DNA from: Endomicrobiales bacterium
Lineage (GTDB): Bacteria; Elusimicrobiota; Endomicrobiia; Endomicrobiales; JALOBY01
DNA length: 64,000 bases
Assembly: GCA_963796955.1 (NCBI GenBank)
Contig: CAWCNJ010000008.1
Coordinates: 288,001-352,000 of the forward strand
Direction of reading: 5' to 3'
Numbering within the stretch: position 1 is the stretch's first letter; each line of letters starts with the position of its first letter. This document shows, piece by piece, positions 29,607 through 44,600 of this stretch. Position numbers and translations under genes: made by a program. The notes under the pieces were generated by a model, which had not been told where the DNA came from, did no database searches, and saw only the letters and a list, made by a program, of their open reading frames with translations.

Positions 29607-32600
29607 ACTCTATCCAGTACTACATTTCCACCGCGACCGCGATGTCCGGTTCTATCCCTGTCAAAAATTGGACAGCTATCCCCGGCTTAACGCTGGGAAC
29701 AACGTGGTACACCTCCAACTGGCAAATTGATTTCGCTTCACTGCCCGGTGCGGTAACGTGTTATGTTTCAGTTCAGGCTGCCGACCTTGCCGGAAACACT
29801 TCAACCTACGTTGACGCCTTCAGGGTTTTCAAATCCACAATTGCCGCACCAGCAATAACCAACAACCAGACCGGCGATTATACGTGGTATATTTCTTCGA
29901 ACGTATTCACAACCAAACAATATGATGTTGATTTCCAATCCCTTGATAATGACTATATCTCCTCTGTAACCGTTCAAGCCTGGAGCGGTCTCGCGCAGTC
30001 TGGTTCTAAATATGTGACTGGACCGCTGTTGTTTCTACCGGCACAGTATTGTCTTATACCCAGAACTGGGCGTTGACGCCCGCACCCTTCACCGGCCTTG
30101 CGCCGGAATATATCTGGAACCTGCTGCATGAAGGCACCAACTACATCACCGTTCAGTCCTTTGATATGGCCCTGGATTCCAGCACTAAACAGGATGCCTT
30201 CTTTGTCCTGAAAGACACCAACGGCCCAACGATCACCAGCAACCAGTCAGGCGACAACACCTGGCGCAACGCGGTCGGCACTGTTTACAACGTCGATTTT
30301 CAGGACTTGATATCGGGCACGACCGAGGCGGATTATCTTATTAAAGACGGTTCAGGCAACCAGCTCTTCGGCTGGACCCCGGTATTCACTAATGCCGGCG
30401 GTGTGGGAAGCTACACCACGGACTGGCCGATATCGGGCGGCGCCTTTAACGCACTGCCTGATGGTTCCACCGGGTACGTTTACCTGCGCTCGTTCGATAA
30501 AGCCGGCAATGTTACCATGAACCTCACACCATCCTTCTTTATCTTAAAAGATACTGACACCCCTACGGTAACGGTCGCGGCGCAGAAATACTACATGTCA
30601 TCGCGCGACTTTGGCGCACGGAACTATACGAATTTCTATGACCCGCTGGTACCGGGACAATCACCCGGCGCTTCCGGCTTGAACGCTATCCAGTACTACA
30701 TTTCCACCGCGACCGCGATGTCCGGTTCTATTCCTGTCAAAAACTGGACGGCTATCCCCGGTTTGGCGGTTGGAACAACGTGGTTTACTTCCAACTGGCA
30801 AATTGATTTCGCTTCACTACCGGGAGCAGTTACCTGCTACGTCTCTGTCTCTGCTGCCGACCTTGCAGGTAACACTTCTACGTATGTTGATGCTTTCAGG
30901 ATCTTTAGATCGACCGTTCTTGCGCCGGCCATTGTGATCAATGAAGCAGCAGATTACAACTGGTACGGGGCCTCTACACCATTTGTTTCAAGGCTCCACG
31001 ACATCGATTTTGATTCCTTTGATAACGATTTTATTTCAACGGTTACCGCGAGCGCCTACAGTCTGCCGTCGCTTGGCGGCACGCAGCGCTTTGCCGACAC
31101 CATCATAATCGCCACCGGCACCGTCTATGCCTATACGGCGAACTGGCCGCTGACGCCGGTGGTAAGCGCGGCACCGGAATATCTGTGGAACCTGCTGGCC
31201 GAAGGGACTAATTACATTTCTCTGCAGGCGTATGATATCATGAATGATTCAACACCTGCTGTCGACGCCTTCAGGGTGTTTAAAGACACGACACCGCCGG
31301 TGATCTCAAACCTGATGGCCGGCGGCGACAACACCTGGCGCAACAGCAACAGCGCGACCTACAACGTCGGTTTAAGGGACATCCTCTCAGGCCTTGGCAG
31401 TGCGGACTATATCATACATGCCAATTCCTACACAGGAACGCTGCTACAGGATTGGAGTTCGATAAACACCATAACCATCGGATCAACATTATACAATGGC
31501 GCGCCATGGAGCATTTCAGCGGCCGCATGGAACGCGATACCTGAAGGAACGACGGCGTACGTATCAGTAAGGGTTTTTGACCGCGCGAGTGTCGGCGCAA
31601 GCCAGGATTGTTTCTATATTTTGAAAGATACCACCCCGCCGACCGTGCCGGTGACGACGGCGCCAGCAACAAATGCGATCCTTGCCTCCGCCAATGTGAA
31701 CTTCTCATGGAACGGATCGACCGACACCGTAAGCCATGTTGATCATTACGATATCGTTGCCGCTACATCCAGCGACTTTGGAAATATCCGCTACAGCGCC
31801 ACCGTACCTGCTAACGCAGCATCGGCTCTCTTAAGCGAAAGTACCTGGTATTGGAAGGTGCGCTCAGCGGACACCGCCGGCAATGCTTCCGCTTACTCAA
31901 CCGCGGTTTCGTTCACCGTCAGCACCAGCGCGCCTTCAGGGCCACTGCTCAGCGCGCCGCTCAACGGCGCAACGACCAACGTCATGCTGATCAATTACCG
32001 CTGGCAGCCGGTAACGGCAGGTCCCGCGGGTCTTGCAGGTTATGAAATATATCTATCGACCGCCTCTGATTTTTCAGTATTTACGACCTCGGGCTTCACG
32101 ACCAACACCAACATAAACCGCACACTGCCGAGCGCCGCCTACTACTGGCAGGTCTACGCGCGGGATAACGCCGGCCTGCGCTCGCCGTCGCTAACCTACA
32201 CCGTTGTGATCGACACCATACCGCCCGTCATCGTTAACAACCAATCGGGCGACGACACATGGCGCAATAGCGGCGGCACCAGTTACAACGTCGATTTCTT
32301 TGACAGCGGATCCGGGTTGAAGAATATTCAGTACGCGGTCTGGACGTCATCGGATCAAACCAGCGGCCAGCGCCTCGCATGGGCGGACATAGACGCTGTC
32401 TCCGGGCAAGCCGCCTACACGCTTAATTGGCAGCTGAACTTTGCGGCGTTGGCGGAGAACGCGACGAACTATGTCTCGGTACGCGCGATCGACCAGCTGC
32501 AGCAATACACCACCTACTGGAACGCCTTCTACGTTAAGAAGGACCAGACGATACCGACCGTCACCAACAACGAAGCCGGCGGTGACGCAACATGGCGGAT

Positions 32601-35600
32601 GGACAACAGCCACGCCTATAACGTTACGTTCGCTGACGGCGGCGGATCGCTGCTCGGCAGCTTTGAGGTACGTATCACGACCGGTGCAAATGCAACGGGA
32701 ACGCTGATACAGGATTGGACGGCTTTGCAAACCGGCATTAATGCGGCCAATTATTCTGCGCCCTGGCAGATACCTTCCGGCATATTCAACGCTATGCAAC
32801 AGGGCCAAAACTACGTCAGCGTCCGTGTGACCGACACGGCGAGCAATTCAAGAACGATCACCGACGCATTCTATGTCTTGAAAGACACCACGCCGCCCAC
32901 ATTTACCAACAACCAGGCCGGTGACACCATCTGGCGCAACAACAGCGCCGGGCTGTACGATGTTGATATGCATGATGTGGGCGCCGGTCTCAGCGGTTTC
33001 GAAGTGCGTGCTTCTTCGGTCACCGATGGCTCAGCCTATCTGACACCGTGGACCGTAGCGGTAACAAGCGCGACGGCGGATTATACAATGAACTGGCCAT
33101 TGCCTGCATTAGTGTGGAACGCGCTTACCACTTCGGTGACGGGATATATTTCGATACGTTCAAGCGATACCGCAGGCAACTACGCACTATTGAATAACGC
33201 TTTCTTCGTTTTGAAAGATACTGTTGTGCCCACGATCAGTAACAACCAGTCGGGGGACAACGTCTGGCGCCGCATCCCGGACGGCTCATACAACATGGAC
33301 TTTGCGGATCTTGGGGGAAGCAGGCTGCAGAAGTTCCAGATCCGTTCTTCAACGGTCGGCTATGGCGCGGTCCCCCTGACATTTGACTGGACGGACGGCG
33401 GCACGAACATTACAGGGTTGTCGGCCTTTTCGACTTTTTACATCCAGCAAACACAATTTGACCTGTTAGCGCCCGGCACGAACTATATTTCAGTAAGGGT
33501 GTATGACATCGCAGGCTCAACGGCTGAAGCGGTGAATGCGTTCTATGTTTTAAAAGACACTCAGGCGCCGACCGGCATCGCGACCGGACCCGCCTTCTAT
33601 AACACGCACACTGTGCCGGTGACCTTAAGCGCCTTTGACAACGGACCTTCCGGCATCAAGTATGTAAAACTTTTCTGGACAACCGATACTGGCTCGCCCT
33701 ATACCTGGAACCAGTTCGGCTCCACCTTTACGTCAATCCCCATTAATTTCACCGTCGCTGCTGACGGGACCTACGGCTTCAGGGTCGTCGCGTTTGACAA
33801 CGCCATGAACAGCGATGAAACCGACCCGCCGCCGGTTACTCTTGCGCCTGAAACCGGCACACTGGTCTCATCACAGGGGCCGACGATAGTAAAGAACGTA
33901 AGCGGCGACTCGACGTGGCGAAGCGCGAGCGGAACACTGTACAATATCGACTTCGTAGACCCTGTCTCACTGATAGACACGGCGCAGTATGTTGTCTGGA
34001 CCGGCCCCGCCAACACCGGCACGAAGGTAAAAGATTGGACGAACATAACCGCCTCAACCCGCGTTGCCTCCTATGTTCAGGATTGGCCGGTCGATTTTAC
34101 CGCGCTGATAAGCTCGGTCAACTACGTTTCCGTTCGGGCCTGGAATATGGCCGGCACTACCACAACAGTGGTTGATGCTTTCTACATCTTAAAAGACACC
34201 ACACCGCCATCCGTCTCGGGCCTGCCATCCGGCGACTCAAAATGGCGCAGCGCCCAGGTAAGTTACCCGCTTACCCTTGCGGATAACGGCTCGTTGCTAT
34301 CCAACGCTCAGTATGCCGTCTTCAGCCTGCCGGTGTTCGGCGGCAGCTCGATCATCCCCTGGACTGCATTCGCCTCCGGCATTTCGTCATCCTCCTACAG
34401 CACGCCGCTCAGCCTGGATTTCGCCTCACTGCCTCAGGCCGCCACGAACTATGTTTCGTTAAAGGTAACAGATATCGCCGGTAACATTACGATCGTTACA
34501 GACGCCTTCTATGTGTTAAAGGACACGACGCCTCCTTCAGTGGTCAACAACCAGGCAGGCGATAACACCTGGCGCAATACGTCCGGCACGCTCTACGATG
34601 TTGATTTCTTTGATAACGGCGGCTCAAAGATTGACACCCTGCAATACACCGTTTGGACGGCCACCGGCGGGGCAGGTATCCAGACCATACCCTGGACCGC
34701 AATAGCGCTGGGTGTAAATACCACCAGCTACACGAACAACTGGCCCGTTAATTTCAGCGCACTTGCCGACGGCACATCGAACTATGTATCCGTACGTGCC
34801 TGGGACACGGCCGGTTCAACATTTACCGCTTTGGATGTCTTCCACATCTACAAAGATGTCACAGGGCCATCGATCATAAATAACCAATCGGGAGACAATA
34901 CCTGGCGTTCCATCAGTAACGGTTTCTACGACGTGGACTTCCAGGACACCATCGACGGCGTTTCTTCGTTCCAGGTCCGGGTCTGGTCCGGGCCGGGACA
35001 GACGGGTGCCATGAACTCTGATTGGACGACGGTTGCTCAGAACATAAACAGCTTTGTGTATTCAGCCAACTGGCAACTGCCGTCCGCCGTTTTCAACGCA
35101 ATGGCAACCGGCAAGAACTATGTATCGCTGCGCGCCTTTGATAATTCTTCTAATGAATCCGATCTCATCGACGCTTTTTATGTGTATAAGGACACACTGG
35201 CGCCGACCATAACAGACAATCAGTCCGGCGATTTCACCTGGCGCAATTCAGGCGGTACACTATATAATGTAGACTTCAATGATCCGGACTCGCTGCTGTT
35301 ATCTGCTCAATACTCCGCCTGGAGCGCACCGGGACAAACCGGCACACAAAGCCTTGCCTGGAGCGATATAGCCTCCGGAATTTACGCCGGTACGTATAAT
35401 GCTGACTGGCCGGTGAATTTCGACCTGCTTTCAAGCGGCACGAACTACATCTCTGTACAGGTACGCGACAGCGCCGGGAATGTGACGGTCAGCACCAACG
35501 TTTTCGTTATTTATAAAGACACCGTTGTTCCGGCTGCTATAACAGACTTGGTCCTTTCCGGCGGGGCAGGAACACCTCAGGGGCAGATACGATTGACCTG

Positions 35601-38600
35601 GACAGCGCCGGGCGATGACGGAAAAACCGCCGGACCTGCCGTATCCTACGCGGTGCGCTTCGCCACGTTCACTATCAATAACGAAAATGATTACACTGCC
35701 GCGACTGTGTTCGCAAATTCCTGGCTGCCGGGGAACCCGAATGCCATTGAGAACACCCACTCTGTCACGGGCCTTGATACCACCAAAACATACGCGGTCA
35801 GCGTTCGCGCAATAGACAAAGCAGGCAGCCAGGGCTCCTTGTCGAATGCAGGGTCGCTGACAGCACCCGGGCCGGATACCACGCCGCCGGGAATAATTAC
35901 AAACCTTAGCGCAACAGCCGGCGGCTTTGGCGGCCAGATACGCCTTACTTGGACGGCGCCGGGTAATGACAACTATACCGGTACGGCCGCGTACTATACC
36001 TTGAAATGGTCGCTGACCCCGATACTGTCGATCTCAGACTGGAATGACCTGACGAACACGACAACATATATTCAATCCTGGGTGCCTCAGGCTGGCGGAG
36101 CAACGGAAGATGTGACACTCACAGATACGCAGTGCGGCGGATTCATGGCCGGCACAACCTACTACTTCGCGATCTGCGCTTTTGACGGTGTTAACAACAT
36201 CATTAACGTTTCAAACTCCGCAAGCAGCGCCCCGCAAAACACCGCGGCCAGAAGCGGCATGTACGCCTGGGGCATGGGTGCTAACGCGGCCCCGGACTAT
36301 CGGTTCTGGCAGCCGCCGGCCTGGGGCGCGACAAACGCGGGTGTTGCAGCCATAGCTACGATACGCTGGTCAAAACTCGTCTCGTGCCCACTGGTAAAGA
36401 ACGAGAAACTGCTTGGCCTGGAAACCTACGACGGTACTGGCGAACCGGCGGCTAATTTTTATTTACAACGCTGGGACGGCAGCACGAACCAGTGGTCCGG
36501 CACCGCGCCGTTCGGTAAACAAAACTCGGGCACCGGCAACCTATACTCAACCCGCCGATGCTTTGATATCGCGTATGAACAAAACTCGGGCCGCGCGCTT
36601 ATCGCCTGGTGGGATGCAACAGCAAGCCAGATCCGCTATGAGGTCTGGAGCTCAACCGCACAGGCGATGATCGGCGGTGGCACATTGAATATTCAATCCG
36701 GCGCTTCGGGAACCATTTACTTTATTCGGCTTGAACCACAACCTGAAACCGACCGTATCATGCTTGCGACACTTGACAGCAACTCACGCATTTTTGCCTC
36801 TGTATGGAACGGTCCATTAAATGGGAACACTGGCTGGGACACCACGGTCAGCACTAGAACAGTAACCACTACCGCTTCCGTTAATACCCGTCAGTGTTAT
36901 GATATCGCCTGGGAGGCAGATAGCGGACGGTGTATGGTCTTTTGGGGTCAAGGCACGGCGCTACAGTATGACCTGTGGTCATCAACAATGAGCGAGGCAT
37001 TCCCTACAAAGAACGCCTGGCTAACCCCGGCGGGAGGTAACACAGGGCCCACAGGCGCTTCCCTGCCGGCAACCTTTAACTGGCTAAAGCTTGCCGCCAA
37101 CCCGAATACTACGACCAGCCCCGATGATTCTCGCAATTATATCGCTATGACCAGCGCCGACGGCTCGAACGACTGGAACGTCGCGATCTGGAACGGATCC
37201 ACCTGGAGCGGCGTGCCCGCGGAAGATCCGACCATGGCATCCAGCGCGACAAGATGGACGGATCTTGCGTGGGAAAAAGACACGAACCGCTGCATGTTCG
37301 TAGCCGCCCACACCGCGAGCACCACGATGAGTTATCTGGCATACAGCCAGGCCCAGGGTTGGCATAACCCCGTTAACAATGCAGCCGCAACACCGTTGTC
37401 AGCGCCGAGAGACACCTATGCTTTCAGCGGCGCTATAGCCATTCTGAAAACTGGCCAGCGACCCTGATACCGACCGATTGGTGCTTACGGGCGCGGACGC
37501 GAACTCACAAGTGCATACACGCATCTGGGACGGGCGCAGTGGAGCACCGGCACCGTGCTTGAAACAACTTCCTCCGGCGGCGCCGCCTATGAATCTTTCG
37601 CCTATGATTTTGACAAACAGGATATTATACCGCCGACAATAACCGACCATCAGACTGGCGATAACAAATGGCTGGCAAGCAATACGCATACGTATAACGT
37701 CGATTTTGCCGATGCCGGCGATTCACATTTGAGCTATTATCAAATAAAGATCACGACAGGGCCCGCCCAGACAGGAGCGCTTATTCTCGACTGGACAACG
37801 CAGGCGAATCTCTACCCATCCGACAGTTACACTGCCGACTGGTCAATAGCTAACAGCACCTTCACGGCGATGAGGGAAGGGAAAAACTATGTTTCGGTGC
37901 GTGTCTATGACAACGCGAAGAACCTCGCCTCTCTGAGCGACGCATTCTACGTGCTGAAAGATACGACGCCACCAACGACAACCGTTCTTTTCTCACCGCC
38001 GGATACGACATTCACGAGCAACCAAAACATTACCTTCCAGTGGAACGGCGCGACGGATACGGCATCCGGCATACAAGGCTACGAATTCAATATTTCCACT
38101 GCGCAGAATTTCTCCGTGATCTATTCGTCATCGTATGTTACCGCGAGGGCGGACGCTCTTACGCTCCCATCGCAGGCATATTACTGGCGCGTGCGCGCCC
38201 AGGACAACGCCGACCAATTCGGCGCATTCTCATCCACCTTCTCGGTAACGGTAAGCACGGCCGGGCCTTCAATAATGAACAACCTGACGGGTGGCGATAC
38301 CACATGGCGCAACGCCCCTGTTACTTACAACGTCGATTTCAATGCCTCGCCTTCGAAGCTCGATACAGCGCAGTATACCGTCTGGAGCTCAACCGGACGC
38401 ACCGGGACTCAGCTGATAAATTGGACAACTATTTTTATCAATCTCGGCGCCGCATCATATACCACCGACTGGCCGGTCAATTTCAACCTGCTGCCGAACG
38501 GCACCAGCTATGTATCCGTGCGTGTGTGGGATACCGCCGGCAGCACCAGCTCACTGAATGACGCCTTCTTTATACGAAAGGATAACCAGCCGCCCTCGAT

Positions 38601-41600
38601 AGCCAACAATCAGGAAGGGGACCCTGTTTGGCGCGTTGCCGGCGGCACCAGCTACAATGTCGACTTCTTTGATATCGGAGGCTCGCTGCTGGATAAGGCC
38701 CAGTACGCGGTTTACCGTTCAACCGGCATGCAGGGCGCAGCCGTGATCGGGTGGACCGATATCGCCGCCTCGATCTCTTCAGCCGCGTATACCACTGATT
38801 GGCAGGTTAATTTCCCTGCACTGGCATCCGGAATAAACAACGTTTCAGTGCGGGGCATCGACGTTGCCGGCTCATCCACGACGGTTCAGGACGCATTCTA
38901 TATATTAAAGGACACCCAGGCGCCCACCGCCGTTAACAATATACCCGGCGGCCTCGCCTGGAAGGCGGCGAACACGGGCACCTATGACTTTGAGCTCGCC
39001 GATGCCGGTGGTTCTCTATTGGCCCATTTCGAGGTCAGCGCCTGCACAGCCGCCGCGCTGGGCTCGCCGTCATTGTCCGGATGGGTGCCGGTAGCCACCA
39101 ACATCTCGTCAGATTCATTCAAAACACCCTGGCCTCTGCCCCAGGCCGTGTGGGATACGCTTGCACAGACGACAACCAACTATATATCGGTCAGTGCAAC
39201 GGACCTGGCAGGCAACACCACGATATTCGTTGACGCCTTCCAGGTGCTTAAAGATACGATCGCGCCCGTGATAGTTAACAATCAGTCGGGCGATACAACC
39301 TGGCGCGGGAACAGCGGCACACAATACTCCGTCAACTTCTTCGACCTGGGCGGCGCCGGCCTTGACCATATCCAATACGCGGTGTGGGCTTCCAGCAGCC
39401 AGCAGGGTTCGCAAATAATACCGTGGACGGACATAGCGGCTTTGCCTGTCGGCGCGACCAGCTATACAACGCCGTGGCAGCTTAACTTCAGCCTGCTCGG
39501 CAGCGCCACGAATTTCGTTTCTGTTCGCGCCTTTGACCACGCGGGAACCGCCGCAATGCTTACCGACGCATTCTACGTGCTAAAGGATGCCCTGGCGCCG
39601 ACGATCAATAACAATCAGACGGGTGATACTGCCTGGCGCGCCGCCGGCGGCTCTACCTATAATGTTTATTTCAACGACGCGGGCGGTTCGCTGCTTTCAA
39701 CCTTCCAGGTCCGCATCGGCACCACACCGGCGCAGGCGGCGCCATACACGCTTGACTGGACAACGGTCATTTCGAACATGAACACACCGTCATACAGCAC
39801 CCCCTGGCAGCTGCCGGCAGGCGCATTCGATACGCTGCTCAGCGGCGTCACGAATTTCGTATCTGTGCGCACTTGGGATAATGCCGGCAGCACCACAACG
39901 CTTTCTGACGCCTTCTACATTCTAAAAGACACCATAGCGCCGTCCATAAGCATCAATGAGGTCCAGGACGACACCTGGTATGCCAATGATCCCGGAACAC
40001 TGCACGCCGTTTCATTTAGCGACCAGGGCGGCTCAAAGCTTAAGAACCTGCTCTACACGGCGCGCTCATCAACGGGCGGTATCGTCATAGACCTTACCGC
40101 GATCGCCTTGAGCGTGAACGCCACCGGCTATCAAACCCCCTGGAACGTAAATTTCAGCCGTATGGCGCCGGGCTATAACTACATTTCTCTTCAGGCCGAT
40201 GACCTGGCGGGGAATACGACGTATTACGCGAACGCTTTCTATGTGAAAAAAGATACCGCCGCTCCGTCGATAATCGTTGACCCGGCGCTTGCCAACGGTG
40301 ATCTGTCGTGGCAGAACAGCGGCGGCAAAGTTTATAACGTCGATTTCTTTGCGCAGGGAGTATCTAACCTTGACACGATACAATACGCCGTGTACGCCGC
40401 GCCGAACCGCGGCGGCGCGCCGCTGATAAACTGGACCACCATAGGCATTGCGCCGCTCAACACGCTCTCCTACACCACAGACTGGGCGGTCGCCTTCTCG
40501 CAGCTGGCGGAAGGCGCCACCAACTATGTCTCCGTGCGCTGCTGGAACATAACAGGAACGACAACAACGGTGAACGATGCCTTCAGGATATTCAAGGACG
40601 TTACGAATCCCTCGATAATAGACCCCGTGCCCGGTGACGACACCGTATGGCGCAGCGCCAACAACGGCCTGTACAATATCGACTTTTACGACGCACCGCA
40701 GTTCGGCTCAAAGCTATCCAATATGCAAACGCTTATAAGCACCGCCGCTTACCAGAGCGGTACTGTTCTTCAGGATTGGTATACCCAGAGCCTGAGACTA
40801 AACACAACCTCGTACGCGGCCGACTGGCCACTGGACCAGGTTTCGTTCAACGCAATGCGTGAAGGCGCTAATTATGTATCGGTACGCGCTTTTGACAACG
40901 CGGGCAACTCATATGAGCTCACCGACGCATTCTTTGTGCTTAAAGACACTGAAGCGCCTGTTGTAACCAATGCTCAAAGCGGCGACAATACGTGGCGCAG
41001 CGCCAACGCCGGGACCTACGCCGTATCGTTCTACGACCTTCCGGAACATAATGGCTCACAACTTTCACGCTTCCAGGTCCGGGCCTCTACCGTTGCTTTT
41101 GGCGCAGCGCCGCTTGTCTTCGACTGGTCCGACAACACGCTTGCGATAAACAGCACGTACTATGTAACGCCCTGGCAGCTCAACAGCACGCTGTGGAACC
41201 TGCTGCCGAGCGGGACCTCGTATATCTCTGTGCGGGCGCAGGACAACGCATTACAGTACTCAACGCCGGTAAACGCTTTCTATATAATGAAAGATACTAT
41301 CGCCCCGACGATTACGGACAACCAGAGCGGCGATTATACCTGGCGCGTCACAAGCGCCACCGTGTACGACGTAGATTTCCAAGACCTGCATTCGCAGCTG
41401 GCGGCAGCCCAGTGGACTTCCTATACATCCGCAGGCCTTGGCGGCACACAGAGCGCGCCGTGGAGTGATATTTCCATTGGCGGGCCAACGCCGTCATTTA
41501 CCGCGAACTGGGCACTCGGTTCCGCAGGCTGGAACCTGCTCGCCGCCGGCACCAACTACATCTCGGTTCGCGCCTGGGACGTAGCCGGCACGACCGCGAC

Positions 41601-44600
41601 TAGGACAGATGCCTTTGTAGTCCTTAAAGACACTTCGGGACCCGACATAATCAACAGCCAGACCGGCTACGACAGCTGGCTTAACGCAAATCCAGGCGCA
41701 TTGTGGAATGTTAATTTCCGCGACACCCTGAGCATGCTCTCAACAGCACAATACCGGATAAGCGCTTCGACCATGCTCAGCAGCCCGCTCACCGGTTGGA
41801 CAACGATCTACACCTATACTCCGGGGCAGGCGGTCTACAACTCGGCCTGGGCTATCACCCAGGCGGACTGGGCGCTGATGCCGCAGGGGACCAGCTATGT
41901 GACGGTACGCGCCTTTGATAACCTAAGCAATGCAACGACCGGCTACGACGTTTTCTATGTACGAAAAGACACAACCGCCCCCAATGTGGTGGATGCGCAG
42001 CCCGCTATCACGGCGCTTACCCCGGCAGACCTCAGCGCCTTGAATGTCAGCGTCTACGACTCGGGCTTCTCGGGTTTTGCCGGCATCCAATACACCGTTC
42101 GCCCCTCAAGCGGTCTGCCCGGAAGCTATATCATTAATTGGACCACGCTGCCCTCGGTAACCGTGGGCGCCACCTGGTACGCCGCTCCCTGGACCATAGA
42201 AACGCAATTCTCAACTTTGCCGAACGGCGCTTCGTCGTATTTGTCGCTGCGCGCGACCGACCTTGCCGGCAACACAACGACGTTCGCAGACGCCGTCGTG
42301 ATCTATAAGAACGCGACCGGCCCGTCAATAATAAGTAACCAGCCCGGTGACAACACCTGGAGGGACAGCGTGGCGGGCGTAACCTACAACGTCGATTTCC
42401 AGTCCAACTCCGGCAACAACCTGAGCTACTTTGAAGTGCGTATCTGTACCGGCACCGGCCAGGCGTCAGACAAGATCGTCGCGGATTGGTTCACGATCAC
42501 TCAGAATATCAACAACGTGCTCTATACCGCCGATTGGGCTATCCCGGTATCGACATTCAATGTTCTGCCGCAGGGGAAGAATTATATTTCAATACGCGTT
42601 CACGACACCGGCGGCGCGGTAACAACGATGTTGGACGTCTTCTATATTAAGAAGGACACGGCGGCGCCTGTTATTACGGACCTGCAGGCGGCACCGACAA
42701 GCTACTACACTTCCGGCCAGTTGTTCGACGTTGACTTTAACGACCAGGGCGCTGGCCTGAGCAGCGCGCAGTACCTGATATCGACCTCATCAACGAACAT
42801 AGCGGGAACCGCCATCGGCGGGTGGACAAACATATTCTCGGGAGCTCCCGTCGCTTCCTTCACCACGAATTGGCCGATCTCCAATGACCTCCTGTTGCAG
42901 GAATGGACGACCAACTATATTTCAGTGAGAGCTTTTGACGCCCTTAACCATTGCACGACAACCTACGCGGCCTTCGCGGTGTGGAAAGATACAACCGCGC
43001 CGAGCGTGCCGGTGCTGTCTGCGCCGCTCGACAACCTCACGACAAGCTACGCTAACCAAAGCTTTGGCTGGTCGGCATCCTCCGACCTGCGCTCCGGCTT
43101 AGCCGGCTATGAATTCATTATTTCAACGGACCCCGCTTTCGCCGTCTACACAGCCTCCTCTACACTGTCCGCGACGACGTTCGGCCTGACACTGAATTCC
43201 GGACAGTATTATTGGAAAGTTCGCGCCTATGACGTTGCCGGTAACCGCTCGCTATATAGTCCGTCCAATTCATTGCTTATCGCGACGGCTCTGCCGGTGA
43301 TCACCAATAACCAGACGGGCAGCACCACGTGGTACGGCGCCGATCCGGGTGCTATCTGGAACATAACGTTCGCCGACCTTGGGTCCGGGCTGACAACCGC
43401 GCAGTACCGCATTTGGTCGGGCCCCGGCCACACCGGCACCATGCTGGCCGACTGGCAGAATATTTTTACATCGACCGGCACACCCGGCTACAATACTGTC
43501 TGGCCGATCCAATTCGGACTGTGTGCTGAGGGGACGAACTATATTTCTGTGCAATGCTTCAACCGCGTCGGACTTTCTGCAACGCTGGATGACGCCTTCT
43601 ATGTCCGCAAGGACACCTCCGCGCCGGTGACAGCGAACAACGAAGCCGGCGGCGACCCGGTCTGGCGTTCCGCTCCCAAAGCGGCGGGCTACGACGTTGA
43701 CTTCAGGGACAATTATTCCGGCCTGAACACCGCTGAATATGCCGCCAACACCCTGCCCGCGATGAACGGCACAACGGTCATTAACTGGACGCCGATATTC
43801 CAGAACATCGGACAGGCAAGCTACACCAATAACTGGCAGGTTGCCTTCGCCTCGCTGCACGAAGGCGGAACGAATTATATCTCTGTCCGGGTCAGCGACA
43901 ACCTGCAACACCTGACGACCTATTACGATGTTTTCTTTGTGCTGAAAGATATCACCAAGCCGCAGATCGCGAACAATATGGCGCCCGGATCGGACGGCAT
44001 CTGGCACGCGACGGACCCAGGCGCGCATTACGACGTTGATTTCTTCGACCTTCCGCAGAACGGCGCCGTGTTAAGCAAATTCCAGACGAAAGCGATGTCG
44101 GGCTCTTTGCAAAGCGGCGCGACGATCTGGGATTGGACGGACCATACGGCAGAGAACGGCACGACCATCAATGCCACCTATTATGTTCAGCCCTGGTCCG
44201 TTAACTTTTCAGCCGCGGTGGAAGGGAAGAACTATATCAGTGTCAGGGCATACGACTACGCGGGCAACATGGATACGCTCTCCGATGCCTTCTTTGTCTT
44301 AAAGGATACCACGCCCCCCACCGTAGTTTATAATCAGGCGGGAGATGCCACGTGGCGCGCCAATAACGACACCGCCTACAACGTGGATTTCCTTGACGCC
44401 CCCGGCGGCTCCGGCATTGATCATTTTGAGGTGGCGACGGCTACGATGCCCGGTGTAACGGGAACTAACTGGACGACCGTTATAACCTCAGCCACGTTCG
44501 CCTATACTGCCGACTGGCAGCTACCGACATCCATTTGGAACGGCATGATGAACGCGACTACCAATTACGTGTGGGCAAGGGTCTTCGACACCGCGGGCAA

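Noticed and set aside
21650..31290. Diversity-generating retroelement template/variable repeats
   Set aside because: No reverse transcriptase in the window; differences between copies look mostly synonymous rather than adenine-specific
37465..37467. In-frame TGA as selenocysteine or readthrough site
   Set aside because: Better explained by a compensating +1/-1 indel pair, because the shifted frame between them matches the paralogous module
43270..44028. 252-aa minus-strand ORF (similarly 14100-14831 and 56093-56740)
   Set aside because: Antisense to well-supported + strand genes; no domain signal
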